DNA of 64,000 nt, taken from the IMG/VR virus record IMGVR_UViG_3300025133_000052, positions 29,285-93,284 of that record. One strand, written 5' to 3'. The number at the start of each line of letters is the position of its first letter. Positions within the stretch are counted from its first letter, which is position 1. A program made the position numbers and the translations under genes. The notes below the pieces were generated by a model. That model saw only the letters and a list, made by a program, of their open reading frames with translations, did not search any database and was not told the origin of the DNA. Source of the stretch: a virus. This document shows positions 30,188 to 40,387 of the stretch, piece by piece.

Positions 30188-32061
30188 AAGCTTACTGTTC
30201 TACCTTTAATGTTAGAATCTAAATATTTTATTTCAAATATTGACGGATCCAGTGACGGGTAAATAATACCATTTTTAGTAGCAGTTTCAATATTATAAAT
30301 ATTACCACTGTACCCCTGTGTTGAATCCCATAAATTAATTATTTCACAATTAGTAACTGTTTGTACTCCATCAACCTTATCTAATTCAGTATAAATATCT
30401 GCCTTTATTATTGGTTGGTTAATTTGCCATTTCTTAACTGCGAACATATCCCTCAATGTTGCAATACATCTTAATATAACTTCATTATCGTTATAGTTAG
30501 GCCTTGAAATAATTTCAAAATTGATACCTATATTAATTATAAATGCATCCTTAATATTAACAGCATCGGTTAGCATTCTAAATTGATCTAAATATGTTTT
30601 TAAATTCTCCTTAACAGCTAAATTAAGTCTGGTTAAATTTGTGTTACTATCGTATCCTAATGTGTACAGATTTAGAGCTAAAGGATTTGGTATTCTAGTA
30701 CCTGCAGGAGTGGAGCTGTCTAATTGATCGTCAGGTACAATATACGCTTTAGCGATTGCTCCAAACTTTGAAGGCATTGAATACGCCCTGACAATATAAT
30801 CCTCTCTTGTAATAATCCTATTCTGCGCAGCAAAATGAGCCAATGCATTGTTTCTTACCTCGTCAATATCCTGTGATGTTCTACCACCGCTAGCAGCAAC
30901 TGGATTTGTACACGCGACAGATCCCTTTACTTGATTGAGTAAACTATTATTTAATCCTGTACTATTTGTTGTGTACGTTACTGAAGTAATATCCGTTAAT
31001 GTATTTGATGCAACATTGTCAGTAACACCATTACCCACGGTATATCTAACTGTTAATGTAGTGTCGGATGGTGCTAGACCATATGCTCGAGTAAATGTAA
31101 AGTTAGATGGATCGATTGATGTCTCACCATTCACACCGTACGGTAAAGCTAAACCTACATTATCAGGGTTCGGTATAATTGTTTCGTCGTCCCCAGCACT
31201 AATACCTGCACCAAACTGAATCATCATTTTATCGTCCTTATCGAAACGAGATATAAATCTTCTTGGTGTTTTTTTAATTTTTAATAAATAAGGAGCAGTG
31301 TCATTATATTGATTTAGATCTGGATCATTAGCAGCTATATTTCTTAAGCTATCAAATACACCCTCTTGCGCTAGATACTGTACCTCTGTCCATCTATTAT
31401 CGTCACTGTCGTATATATCAACAACCTCAATAACTTGATCGTCAGATAGATTAATTTTATCGTATTGCTTTGGACTTCCGAATGTATATGTAGATGTTTT
31501 AACTGTACCAGAAACAACCTTAGTCGATTTCTTCAGTAAATAAAATGTAGGTTCACTGGTATTGGAATCGACCTGATATACTGTAACCTCGGTAGGATCG
31601 AGGGAGGATGAATATTGAAAATCAATATCATGTATTGTCCTAAAACTTACAGTCGTGTTCTCAGTTGATGAGACCTGCATCCCAGCTGGGATAGTAAGCG
31701 CGTAATTATAGTCAGGTGATGTACTCCCACCACTTCCGACTGAAGGTACTATTTGAAATATATCTAAGCTAGTAGCTGCAGCGACATAATTTTTTGGTTT
31801 ATACCCTAACCCGTATGCTATGGAATATACATTAGCTTTTTCTTCTGCAAATTCAGTTAACGTTTCCTTTAACTGTGAGTCCATATAAAAGGATAGCACA
31901 TCTCCAACGTACGCCGCCATTTCAATAAACATCATTCCTGGTGATGATTCATTAAAATCATTATATGTATCCGGAAAATACGTTTTAGCGAAATCAATTA
32001 GATTAGATCTAAATTGACTAAAATCCTTTTCTAAATATTTTATGTTTTTCTTTTCTGCCAT
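30184..32061 (-). CDS. Baseplate wedge subunit (T4 gp6/baseplate J-like)
   Basis: DFNESSPGMMFIEMAAYVGDVLSFY and QNRIITREDY motifs. Confidence 0.9.
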   Translation of the reverse strand: MAEKKNIKYLEKDFSQFRSNLIDFAKTYFPDTYNDFNESSPGMMFIEMAAYVGDVLSFYMDSQLKETLTEFAEEKANVYSIAYGLGYKPKNYVAAATSLDIFQIVPSVGSGGSTSPDYNYALTIPAGMQVSSTENTTVSFRTIHDIDFQYSSSLDPTEVTVYQVDSNTSEPTFYLLKKSTKVVSGTVKTSTYTFGSPKQYDKINLSDDQVIEVVDIYDSDDNRWTEVQYLAQEGVFDSLRNIAANDPDLNQYNDTAPYLLKIKKTPRRFISRFDKDDKMMIQFGAGISAGDDETIIPNPDNVGLALPYGVNGETSIDPSNFTFTRAYGLAPSDTTLTVRYTVGNGVTDNVASNTLTDITSVTYTTNSTGLNNSLLNQVKGSVACTNPVAASGGRTSQDIDEVRNNALAHFAAQNRIITREDYIVRAYSMPSKFGAIAKAYIVPDDQLDSSTPAGTRIPNPLALNLYTLGYDSNTNLTRLNLAVKENLKTYLDQFRMLTDAVNIKDAFIINIGINFEIISRPNYNDNEVILRCIATLRDMFAVKKWQINQPIIKADIYTELDKVDGVQTVTNCEIINLWDSTQGYSGNIYNIETATKNGIIYPSLDPSIFEIKYLDSNIKGRTVSL

Positions 32062-32069
32062 ATCTTACT

Positions 32070-32531
32070 CTATAATATTGCTGCTTTACCTGACTCTAGC
32101 ACTATAAATGTAATAGATTGATTAGCACCTTGCTCTGTTACTTTAAATTTAATATCGATCTGGATACCATGTCCAAATTGTCCCAATTCTCCTTCAAGCT
32201 TAGGAACGACGTTGATATTATCTATTATAATATACGGTAACCAGTACTTTATATCATATGCTAGTCCATCAGATATCCTACCGGTTATATCTTCAGTATT
32301 TTGTTCAAATAATACATCGTATATAGATGATCCAAAATTAGGCTGCATCACCCTTTCTCCTTTCCTAGTAAGTAATAGATTCTTTAAATTAGATATAGCT
32401 TGTTCTTCAGTAGTGTACGATAGTGTAAAAACACCACCGCTGTTATTATTTAAAGGTAGTTTAATTCCTATAGCCTTATTAGGCCTTAAATCTAATACGT
32501 TATAAAATTTTTCCTCCCTAGATCGAGCCAT
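32070..32531 (-). CDS. Baseplate wedge/sheath initiator (gp25-like)
   Basis: NLLLTRKGERVMQPNFGS motif. Confidence 0.9.
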   Translation of the reverse strand: MARSREEKFYNVLDLRPNKAIGIKLPLNNNSGGVFTLSYTTEEQAISNLKNLLLTRKGERVMQPNFGSSIYDVLFEQNTEDITGRISDGLAYDIKYWLPYIIIDNINVVPKLEGELGQFGHGIQIDIKFKVTEQGANQSITFIVLESGKAAIL

Positions 32532-32533
32532 TA

Positions 32534-33052
32534 CTATTTAATACCTTTTTTCTTATCTATAGCCTTCATTAATTGAGAATAATCTCTTGTTAAGGCATTC
32601 GCAACATCATCAGTTACCCCTGCAGGATTCATTCCCTTAGGTACCATATCCTGTACTGTCGGTTGAGGTGGTTGCATATCACCGTATCCTAACATACTAG
32701 CTAAATCCCCAGTATTAAGCGCGCTACCACCCATCGTTGGATACTCTTCCTGTTGAGCTGGCTTTGGTTGACTATACTCCCTTGCAGTTTCATTCAATAT
32801 TCCGTTAATCATAGGATTAGATGAATATTCAACTTCAGGTTCACTGGCTTGTACTACACTAGAACCATTTCCTAGCGATGCACGTACCTCTTCAGTTAAA
32901 CTCAATTCCCTGGTTTTAGGTCGTTTTTTAGGTAGCTTATTCACAGGCTTAACATTACCGTTAATCACATTTTGAATTTCAATCCTTACTGCTCGCTGGA
33001 CCTCTTCTCTAATAACTTTTCTTAATGAAGTAAAAAAACTTTTCGCTTTCAT
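32534..33052 (-). CDS. Hypothetical protein with an N-terminal IREE helix
   Basis: LRKVIREEVQRAVR; 172 aa ORF. Confidence 0.65.
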   Translation of the reverse strand: MKAKSFFTSLRKVIREEVQRAVRIEIQNVINGNVKPVNKLPKKRPKTRELSLTEEVRASLGNGSSVVQASEPEVEYSSNPMINGILNETAREYSQPKPAQQEEYPTMGGSALNTGDLASMLGYGDMQPPQPTVQDMVPKGMNPAGVTDDVANALTRDYSQLMKAIDKKKGIK

Positions 33053-33113
33053 AATACCCTTGTTTACTTTGTTTATAAATAAATATTTGCTTATTGATTT
33101 TTATGGTATATTA

Positions 33114-34292
33114 TTATCTTACGCTAACGATACCAGACAGTGCGTTAGCTATTTTTCGTTTAACACTAATAATAGCTCCTGAATTAACAGGTGGACCTGA
33201 TGGACCAGTACCTGTTGGTACTGATATCTTAACTATTTCATCAATTAATGTATTTAATGCATCCTGTAGCTTATTACCTAGTACAGCTGGTTCCTCTGCA
33301 TCTAACCCTATTATAATTTTAGGAGAATTTATATGTACATTAGATTTAGTATCCATGGTGATAGATTTATTGGCTGTTAATCCAATACCTCCTTCTCCAA
33401 ATATAATTGTTTCGTTATCGGATGAAAATACCACTCTACCTGATTTTATTATTATTTGGTTTCCGTTAAATCCATCCTTGTATGTATCTATCTCTTCAGC
33501 TGTCTGAGCTTTATTAAATTTAGCTGCAACAAGTTTAGGACTGAAAGTTGTTAGTTTTTGATTTTTAGTCAACCAAATAGATGATGCATCATTATTTTGA
33601 TTTTCAACCTCATACTTATTAAATGTTTTCTCAAAACCCGTAGTACCATGTCCATTAGAAATTATCAAGATAGGATCACCATCTTCACTTGAACTGTTAT
33701 CATCATCTTTCAACCAATTTGGATTCCTACTAAATAAATTAAAATTCTTACTCAACGTACTACCGAACCTAATTGAGCTACCAAATCTACTCTCTATTAA
33801 CATATCACCTTCAAACGGCTGCATAGGCTTTATATTAGTCTTTTCTACGAAATTAATCCCGAGTTTAGCCTGTTGCTCACTATCCATAGTAGCAGTTTCA
33901 CTCTCACCAGTACGCACGTTACCAGCCGATACTTGATTATAGTTACCTGCGCTAGCTTCTTTATTAGTAACAGGCTTGGTTAGCGATAGGTTAGGAGCTG
34001 CATTTTGATGTACAGAGTTTTGTACATTCAGGGATGCTGGTAGGTAATACCAGGAGCCTTTTGGATTAAATGCCATTGAATCTTGATCAGCTGCTTTAAA
34101 TACTAGAATAGTTTCACCCAGCAGTGGTACTCTCTTAATATTAAGGTCAGCCGGTCTTGCTACTAGTGAATCGGTGTAACTACTGTCCTTGTGTTTAACT
34201 AATTTAAATCTAACTGAATAAAGGTTTAAGGGATTCTTATCCGTAAGATTAACACCTACTACTTCAGCTTGTTCGTAATTAATACTACTCAT
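33114..34292 (-). CDS. Baseplate hub/central spike (gp5/gpV-like)
   Basis: N-terminal OB-like region (VPLLGETILV), SRFGSSIRFGS, C-terminal VPTGTGPSGPPVN tip. Confidence 0.7.
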   Translation of the reverse strand: MSSINYEQAEVVGVNLTDKNPLNLYSVRFKLVKHKDSSYTDSLVARPADLNIKRVPLLGETILVFKAADQDSMAFNPKGSWYYLPASLNVQNSVHQNAAPNLSLTKPVTNKEASAGNYNQVSAGNVRTGESETATMDSEQQAKLGINFVEKTNIKPMQPFEGDMLIESRFGSSIRFGSTLSKNFNLFSRNPNWLKDDDNSSSEDGDPILIISNGHGTTGFEKTFNKYEVENQNNDASSIWLTKNQKLTTFSPKLVAAKFNKAQTAEEIDTYKDGFNGNQIIIKSGRVVFSSDNETIIFGEGGIGLTANKSITMDTKSNVHINSPKIIIGLDAEEPAVLGNKLQDALNTLIDEIVKISVPTGTGPSGPPVNSGAIISVKRKIANALSGIVSVR

Positions 34293-34707
34293 TATCTAGC
34301 TCCTTTAATCTCACTCTTGCGTCCTCTACATCCCTATTAACATCGATATCATTATTAACATCTATATCATCCTGTATATTTTCCAGTTCCCGGAGCAATT
34401 GTTCTTTTTCTTCATCAGTGATTAAAGTATTCTCACCACCCGCAATCGCTGCCTTGGTGTTAGTGGACATCCATCTTTGAGTAACAGCCAGTAACTTGAC
34501 TAAGTGATCGTCATTCTTTACACTTACCTCTAGATATTCTTTTATTAGCGGTACTATAATCGTAGCGTCACTTATAGATTGAATAAGTGGTTTTAATTCA
34601 GCTATAAGTAAATTAATTTGCCTATCCTTCTTACGTTGATTGGAATGTATCTCTTGCATAAGATCCGCAAAAGATGTTTTTTTAAATAACGGTGAGTCCT
34701 TGTCCAT
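34285..34707 (-). CDS. Hypothetical helical protein
   Basis: 140 aa ORF with a TATTTATA motif upstream. Confidence 0.65.
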   Translation of the reverse strand: MDKDSPLFKKTSFADLMQEIHSNQRKKDRQINLLIAELKPLIQSISDATIIVPLIKEYLEVSVKNDDHLVKLLAVTQRWMSTNTKAAIAGGENTLITDEEKEQLLRELENIQDDIDVNNDIDVNRDVEDARVRLKELDNE

Positions 34708-34735
34708 AACATTCTTTAAATATAAATATTAAAGA

Positions 34736-35437
34736 TTAATGTTTTGGTAATACTCCGTGTTTGTTATAGTATTTAAACATTTCAATATATTTCTTTTTCA
34801 TTATACCGATAATCTTAGTTATATATTGAGTTTTAACCCCTGTTCTTTCCCGGATTAAAATATACAGAGCTTTTTTGTTGTAATTCTCTATATTATGTCT
34901 ATGTCTAAATAGATCAACAATTGCATCTGCGATAGCCATATCCCGGTGTTTAGTAAATTGTCTAGTTAGGTTTCTATCCCAGTACTGTACGTAGAGGTCT
35001 ATGAACTCCGACTTAATCTCACGATGCTCCTGTTTCTGTATCTCATTCACAACATTACGATCCTTATCTATCGCTATTACATCATCGTGAGATTTAAATT
35101 TATGATAGTTTTTATTATTTTGTACTATAAGGTAATTCTTAGCAACTATACTAAAGTATGAAAACGCTTTCCCTTTTCCAGGGGTAAACTTATGTATTTT
35201 TTCATTTAAAAAGGCTACCACCTCGTGTTTAACATCCACGTACGGCATATCAAAATAATAAAATTTAAATGTATGAATAAGGTTCTCTGCTAACTTATCA
35301 AAAGCTTTATATATTTGCTGTTCGTATAAGTAGTTCCTTCTATCCTGATCATCTGTAGTATTAAACTCAATAATTGCATCTTCAGTATCTTGAGTAAAGT
35401 AATATCTAGATGATCCTTTTTTAGCTTTTCTTGGCAT
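34736..35437 (-). CDS. Phage sigma-like factor (T4 gp55-like, late transcription)
   Basis: KFTPGKGKAFSYFSIVAKN region-2-like motif; likely start MPRKAKK at 35437. Confidence 0.7.
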   Translation of the reverse strand: MPRKAKKGSSRYYFTQDTEDAIIEFNTTDDQDRRNYLYEQQIYKAFDKLAENLIHTFKFYYFDMPYVDVKHEVVAFLNEKIHKFTPGKGKAFSYFSIVAKNYLIVQNNKNYHKFKSHDDVIAIDKDRNVVNEIQKQEHREIKSEFIDLYVQYWDRNLTRQFTKHRDMAIADAIVDLFRHRHNIENYNKKALYILIRERTGVKTQYITKIIGIMKKKYIEMFKYYNKHGVLPKH

Positions 35438-35717
35438 CGTTATCTGTATCTGTGAATAATATTTCAAGGAAGTTAATAACCTCCTTTATGTCTTTAAATA
35501 TACTACCAACTTCATCATCCGCTTCGAATGAGCCCTTATAGTCGGCTTTTTTTATTGTACTGTAGGCGCTAGTTATCTTGTCCTTTATAAAGAGAATATA
35601 CTCCTCTAGACCTCTATTATAGTCCTCCATATCCTCAACCTGCTTAACTAAATTATAGCAAGCGTATCCAAGAATTATATTTAACACAGCCAATATTATT
35701 ATTATTGTAATTTCCAT
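35421..35717 (-). CDS. Small membrane-anchored coiled-coil protein
   Basis: N-terminal hydrophobic helix. Confidence 0.65.
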   Translation of the reverse strand: MEITIIIILAVLNIILGYACYNLVKQVEDMEDYNRGLEEYILFIKDKITSAYSTIKKADYKGSFEADDEVGSIFKDIKEVINFLEILFTDTDNDAKKS

Positions 35718-36505
35718 TATACGTCTTTAAATAATTCATTAAAAAGATCAGAATGTTTTTGTGTAGTAGTGTTCGTTTCCGCTATTTTGGTAAACGACTT
35801 CATCCTATTTTTATTAGTTACTCCGTTCGACGAAGCCTTAATATCCTTTAAAGGTTGCTCCTGAGCTAGCTGACTTTCCCTCTCAATAGTAGAAGCCATA
35901 TGATCTGCATGATGTAGTAAAATCGGGAGATGATTCTTTAAACCACCACTATTGTACCCTGAAAAATAATATGCTTTGTTATCATCAACATATAACCCAT
36001 CGTGTAACTTAATTGCTAAAAATTCGTTTGTAGTTATACTAATATCGGCCTGTTGTAACAAAAATAACGACCTGTCCGCCACCCTCATGTACGTTAGATT
36101 TTTATTATGTTCATATATTTTACCTTGGTTCTTTCTGTGCCACTCACTCGGATTAGGTATATAGTATTCGTTATCTAAATCACCCACCTTTCCTAAATCG
36201 TGATTGAGTGCGCTGAACATCAACTCCTCATACGTATAGGAGTCTGTATTAGCATTCATAGCTGACCACATCTCGTACTGAGCGCGCGCGCAATCGATTA
36301 CATTTAATACATGATCGCAGTACCCACCTATAAAGCAATTGTGAAATCCCTCATTCCCGGATGCTGGTGCCATCATTATCCGCTCACCTAGCCCATTATA
36401 TAGGTCCAGTAACTTTTCCTTTCTATTTCCTGAAAATTCAGTTGAAATAAATTCAATAAGTCTCTCGAAATTATTTCTTAACTCTTCAGCTGTTAACTTT
36501 TTCAT
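35717..36505 (-). CDS. HD-domain phosphohydrolase (YhaM-like)
   Basis: PAS...H...GG..DH, HDLGK, HDG, HHAD motifs. Confidence 0.85.
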   Translation of the reverse strand: MKKLTAEELRNNFERLIEFISTEFSGNRKEKLLDLYNGLGERIMMAPASGNEGFHNCFIGGYCDHVLNVIDCARAQYEMWSAMNANTDSYTYEELMFSALNHDLGKVGDLDNEYYIPNPSEWHRKNQGKIYEHNKNLTYMRVADRSLFLLQQADISITTNEFLAIKLHDGLYVDDNKAYYFSGYNSGGLKNHLPILLHHADHMASTIERESQLAQEQPLKDIKASSNGVTNKNRMKSFTKIAETNTTTQKHSDLFNELFKDV

Positions 36506-36950
36506 ATTTTGCTTTTTTTAATTTTTTTAAAACCTTCTTCCAGTACCGTCTTGTGTTTTTCTTTACAGGTCCTTTCGGTCCCCCGTTCCAAAGCCTTGCA
36601 ATATCCTGATCACATGCTCCAGGGAGATAGTACTTAATTACTATATCAAATATATCTTTACTCTTCTCACAATCCCACCTATCCTTATATTTATAACGAG
36701 TTTTATTATCCTGTTTCTTTAAAATTCTATTTACATCCTTTATCATTATCTTCCTAATCTGTAAGCAACCAACCGCGTCTTCACCCTTAGCGTGAGTATT
36801 AGGATCACCTCCACTCTCTACTTGTATTATAGCGTCTAATAATTCTGTATGTGTTGGTACAGGTGGCATGTACACGATATTTGTATCGCATGTATTGATA
36901 TTAGGTGATTCTATAAATAAAATTATTGATACTAAAAGTAGTCTACTCAT
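36486..36950 (-). CDS. Lysozyme-fold peptidoglycan hydrolase (transglycosylase/destabilase-like) with an N-terminal hydrophobic segment
   Basis: IIQVESGG, AVGCLQI and WNGGP motifs. Confidence 0.75.
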   Translation of the reverse strand: MSRLLLVSIILFIESPNINTCDTNIVYMPPVPTHTELLDAIIQVESGGDPNTHAKGEDAVGCLQIRKIMIKDVNRILKKQDNKTRYKYKDRWDCEKSKDIFDIVIKYYLPGACDQDIARLWNGGPKGPVKKNTRRYWKKVLKKLKKAKYEKVNS

Positions 36951-37002
36951 AAAAATATATTTAAATATAAGAACTTTTTTTTAAAAAAGCAAATAATAAC
37001 GA

Positions 37003-38142
37003 CTATTTTTTCTTGGGTCGAGGAGATCTACCGTCACCGTAAGTATTGGGATTAGTAAACCTGTACTCACCCTTTACGTTAACTATACCACCTTGTTGCT
37101 TATTCTTTAAGTCAGCTATCTTCTTAGCTCGGGACTGACCCTTCATATCATTAGATGTGGGTTCATTGATAATATCCGCTAGTGGATAGGGGGTGTTAAA
37201 CTCTTTTTCATCTGGTACAGTAGCTTCGAATTTTAAATCATCAATTATTAAATTGTGTTCACCTAGTACATCAGTGTGCGTATCTTCAACCTTTGTAGCT
37301 GTACCAGTCTTAGATAAGGTTGTTGCGACTGGATTTTTTGTTTTTTTAAATGCCTTAAGGGAAATTGTATTGGCTGCTATTAGCAGACAAACTGCGAGTG
37401 GATCAAAAACAAATATAAGTAATAATATAAAATAATTTACTACCTGATCCATCGACTTCCCGGTTATCTTCGATAGGTAAATTAAAGGTCCTAAATCAGC
37501 CGTAGATTCACTATTACTAAACCCCAATATTTGCATGTCAAATTTATTAATAGAATCATTTGATGATGAAATATTATTATTTAATTCTGTTATATCGTTT
37601 GAATTCTTTTTTATTTCAGCATCAGCCTGCTTAATCAATGCCTCTGTTCTTCTAATAGAGTTCCACCACTGTTTTTTATAGAGTGTATCTAACCGAGCTT
37701 CTTGCTGGGCCCTCAGCTCAGTTAAGGTATTGATTCGATTTTCTTTAGTTGTAACCTGGTCTCCTATTCTATCAATATTCTTTTGAAAATAATTTTTCTT
37801 ATTTTCTAGGATGTTAATTTGAGATGAATTAATAGCGTATTGATTTGCAGTAATCTGATATGCATTTGAAAGAAATCCATATATCCCAGCTGATGTTATA
37901 CCTATCAACGTTATTGTCCCTATAAGTAGGTACAACCGAATTCCTTTATTAATATCCTCCCAGTATCTATGTAATATAGTAGCAGTAACCAATTTACCGA
38001 ACTCCAAGCTACCAGCCATTATTATTATAGCTAATTTAGCTCCTGCAAATAAATGGGATAGTCCGAACACGGAATAATATGCGGCACTGCTAGCAATTAA
38101 GACGGATGTAATAAACGCTAGTACAGCAAAAAATTTCTTCAT
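37003..38142 (-). CDS. Multi-TM coiled-coil membrane protein
   Basis: Three N-terminal TM segments, long coiled coil, further TM segment with FDPLAV. Confidence 0.75.
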   Translation of the reverse strand: MKKFFAVLAFITSVLIASSAAYYSVFGLSHLFAGAKLAIIIMAGSLEFGKLVTATILHRYWEDINKGIRLYLLIGTITLIGITSAGIYGFLSNAYQITANQYAINSSQINILENKKNYFQKNIDRIGDQVTTKENRINTLTELRAQQEARLDTLYKKQWWNSIRRTEALIKQADAEIKKNSNDITELNNNISSSNDSINKFDMQILGFSNSESTADLGPLIYLSKITGKSMDQVVNYFILLLIFVFDPLAVCLLIAANTISLKAFKKTKNPVATTLSKTGTATKVEDTHTDVLGEHNLIIDDLKFEATVPDEKEFNTPYPLADIINEPTSNDMKGQSRAKKIADLKNKQQGGIVNVKGEYRFTNPNTYGDGRSPRPKKK

Positions 38143-38144
38143 AG

Positions 38145-38318
38145 TTAATCCTCTAAATCAACCAATTCTTCAGTGTGCTTAGCTTGACCTAATATACTCT
38201 TTAAATTAATCAGTAACTGATCAGCTGATAGTTGTCTTCCCTCTAGGGCTCTTACATTTAATTCAAGTCTATTAATAATAGCTTCTAATTTTGTTTGTAC
38301 TTGTTGTTTACGTCTCAT
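38145..38318 (-). CDS. Small hypothetical protein (57 aa, MRRKQQVQTKLEAII...)
   Basis: Translated by hand; fills an operon gap; below the ORF-track cutoff. Confidence 0.6.
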   Translation of the reverse strand: MRRKQQVQTKLEAIINRLELNVRALEGRQLSADQLLINLKSILGQAKHTEELVDLED

Positions 38319-38341
38319 TGTATTAATTTATTTATATATAA

Positions 38342-38536
38342 TTATTCAGTTTCTGGTATTTCCTGTAAATTTATAATTTCTTCACAAAAATAAAATAACT
38401 CTCCCTTCTTTAATATTATATCAGAACTTAGATGCTCTTTCCACACTGCAAGGATAGGATTATGGGATACGTGCATTGTGCGTTGAATAATATATGCCTT
38501 ATCACCATGATGTATCAGTTTGTAATTAAATTTCAT
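38342..38536 (-). CDS. Hypothetical protein
   Basis: ORF track; operon packing. Confidence 0.6.
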   Translation of the reverse strand: MKFNYKLIHHGDKAYIIQRTMHVSHNPILAVWKEHLSSDIILKKGELFYFCEEIINLQEIPETE

Positions 38537-38539
38537 ATA

Positions 38540-39058
38540 TTAATTCGTTGATATAGATGTAACAGAAGATACTAATTCATATAAATGCATATACTTATAA
38601 CCTCCTGTATGTGATATACCATCTTCAATTTTTTTAATAATAAATCCATCATTAAAAAATTTATCCCTTGATTTATTTATAATCTTAATACTATCACTAT
38701 TAATTATAATATAGTTATTAACAAACACAATATTCAATCTATAATAGTTTGTCATATTCTTGACTACCTCAGTGTATAGTTCTCCTATATCATTATATAA
38801 CGGTATAAGATCATCTTGATCAGATATAGTTTCTCCGATTATGTTAAATATATCACTAGTATCAGGCTGTTGTGGGATTTCATTATCATCCTGCAAATCG
38901 TTATCTATGAAATTCACCATCTCTTCAGGGGTCAATAGTGCACTATATATAAAGATGAGTTTTTCATCCGTAGGCATCATAGAAAACCACTCGTAATCAA
39001 TCTCTGAAAATTGTATATCCTTAAATCTCATCCCTATCATGACAGTTATATTTGTCAT
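38540..39058 (-). CDS. Hypothetical protein (true start may lie downstream)
   Basis: ORF track. Confidence 0.6.
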   Translation of the reverse strand: MTNITVMIGMRFKDIQFSEIDYEWFSMMPTDEKLIFIYSALLTPEEMVNFIDNDLQDDNEIPQQPDTSDIFNIIGETISDQDDLIPLYNDIGELYTEVVKNMTNYYRLNIVFVNNYIIINSDSIKIINKSRDKFFNDGFIIKKIEDGISHTGGYKYMHLYELVSSVTSISTN

Positions 39059-39073
39059 ATATAAATACCTAAC

Positions 39074-39286
39074 TTATATACTACTATATTTAATTAAGTC
39101 CTTAATCCTTGTCTCTAGAACCTCTATATTTTTTTCACTCTTTCGCGGGAGATCAATTAAACAATTGATATCGTCTTCAGCTGTTACACAATCCTTATTT
39201 AATTGTTTAAGAACGAGTGCAACTCCTCCAGTTTTATATAAGTTAATTACACGATCCTTACTAAGAAATACTTTTGATATGCTCAT
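39074..39286 (-). CDS. Hypothetical protein
   Basis: ORF track. Confidence 0.55.
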   Translation of the reverse strand: MSISKVFLSKDRVINLYKTGGVALVLKQLNKDCVTAEDDINCLIDLPRKSEKNIEVLETRIKDLIKYSSI

Positions 39287-39287
39287 A

Positions 39288-39689
39288 TTAATAATGTTTA
39301 TTTACTGTGTTCATAAAGTCTACAAATGTACTGTTAATATTACGTTGTTCTTCCAATACTATATACATAAGACTCTTAACCGTCTGTATATCCTTTTCCT
39401 TAGACTCGGTTTCTTTTAAAGAGTTGTTAATCTTTTTGATAAGATATAACATTTTATTAACAATCCTACGTATAGTATCAATATCTTTAATTTTTTCATC
39501 ACTAAAATACTCATCTGTTAGTACGGATGTTTCTACTGATTGAAAAAATGAATCAATATTATCCCCGATACCGAAATTAGCTTTACCTCTAAGGGCTATT
39601 TCTCTGAGGTGATCAGCCTGGTTGTGTTGAGATAGTATTGAACGTATAAATTGTTCAAATGGATCTTTAGGATTTATTACCTGTACCAC
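39288..39689 (-). CDS. Hypothetical protein
   Basis: ORF track. Confidence 0.55.
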   Translation of the reverse strand: MVQVINPKDPFEQFIRSILSQHNQADHLREIALRGKANFGIGDNIDSFFQSVETSVLTDEYFSDEKIKDIDTIRRIVNKMLYLIKKINNSLKETESKEKDIQTVKSLMYIVLEEQRNINSTFVDFMNTVNKHY

Positions 39690-39843
39690 TAATAAATTGT
39701 TTGAGTGCGGATATTACCGTTTCCTTATCGTTAAGTTTGTCTTTTAATTTCTTAATTTTGCTATCAAAAAACACTCTTAAGATAAACGCACTAGTAAAGG
39801 ACCCGACAAAGCAGGCAATTGATATTAATACAAATGATTTCAT
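39667..39843 (-). CDS. Small membrane-anchored protein (58 aa, MKSFVLISIACF...)
   Basis: Translated by hand; N-terminal TM segment plus basic coil. Confidence 0.55.
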   Translation of the reverse strand: MKSFVLISIACFVGSFTSAFILRVFFDSKIKKLKDKLNDKETVISALKQFISGTGNKS

Positions 39844-39851
39844 AATTTTAA

Positions 39852-40136
39852 TTATTTACGACGTTGCTTTTTCATCATCCCGAATTTATATTTTTTTTCA
39901 TATGCGTTTAATGCATCGTATAACGTTTCTATTATACGTGTACATTCGCTATATGTAAGCTCAGGCTTTAGTGAGCCTATTTCAAGATGACCAATAGTTG
40001 GTTGTTGTGAGGAAAATACTTGCTCTTCTGATATATTATCATCGATATAGAAATCTATAGAAGAATAATATTTACCTAATCGTTTTTGTTTTTCCTTGGC
40101 TCCTTCTGGAGTACCGTATGCGTGATTGACGCTCAT
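39852..40136 (-). CDS. Hypothetical protein
   Basis: ORF track. Confidence 0.6.
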   Translation of the reverse strand: MSVNHAYGTPEGAKEKQKRLGKYYSSIDFYIDDNISEEQVFSSQQPTIGHLEIGSLKPELTYSECTRIIETLYDALNAYEKKYKFGMMKKQRRK

Positions 40137-40177
40137 GTGATGTAAATTTATATGTGAATAATTTTATATATTAATAA

Positions 40178-40387
40178 TTATCCATTTAAAATATTTTTAC
40201 CCTTATTTATTGCATCCTTTTCCTTAAGTCGCTCTATACTATCAGCTATTACATTTAATGCATCAACTATACGCTCCATAACCTCTGTTTGCTTTTCCAT
40301 GGCATTAATTATACGTTCATTGTAATCTAACATATTTGTATTTTTTATATTAATATTATTTATATATGAAAATAGTAAAATCATCAC
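40178..40387 (-). CDS. Small coiled-coil protein (likely start MLDYNE)
   Basis: ORF track. Confidence 0.5.
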   Translation of the reverse strand: MMILLFSYINNINIKNTNMLDYNERIINAMEKQTEVMERIVDALNVIADSIERLKEKDAINKGKNILNG

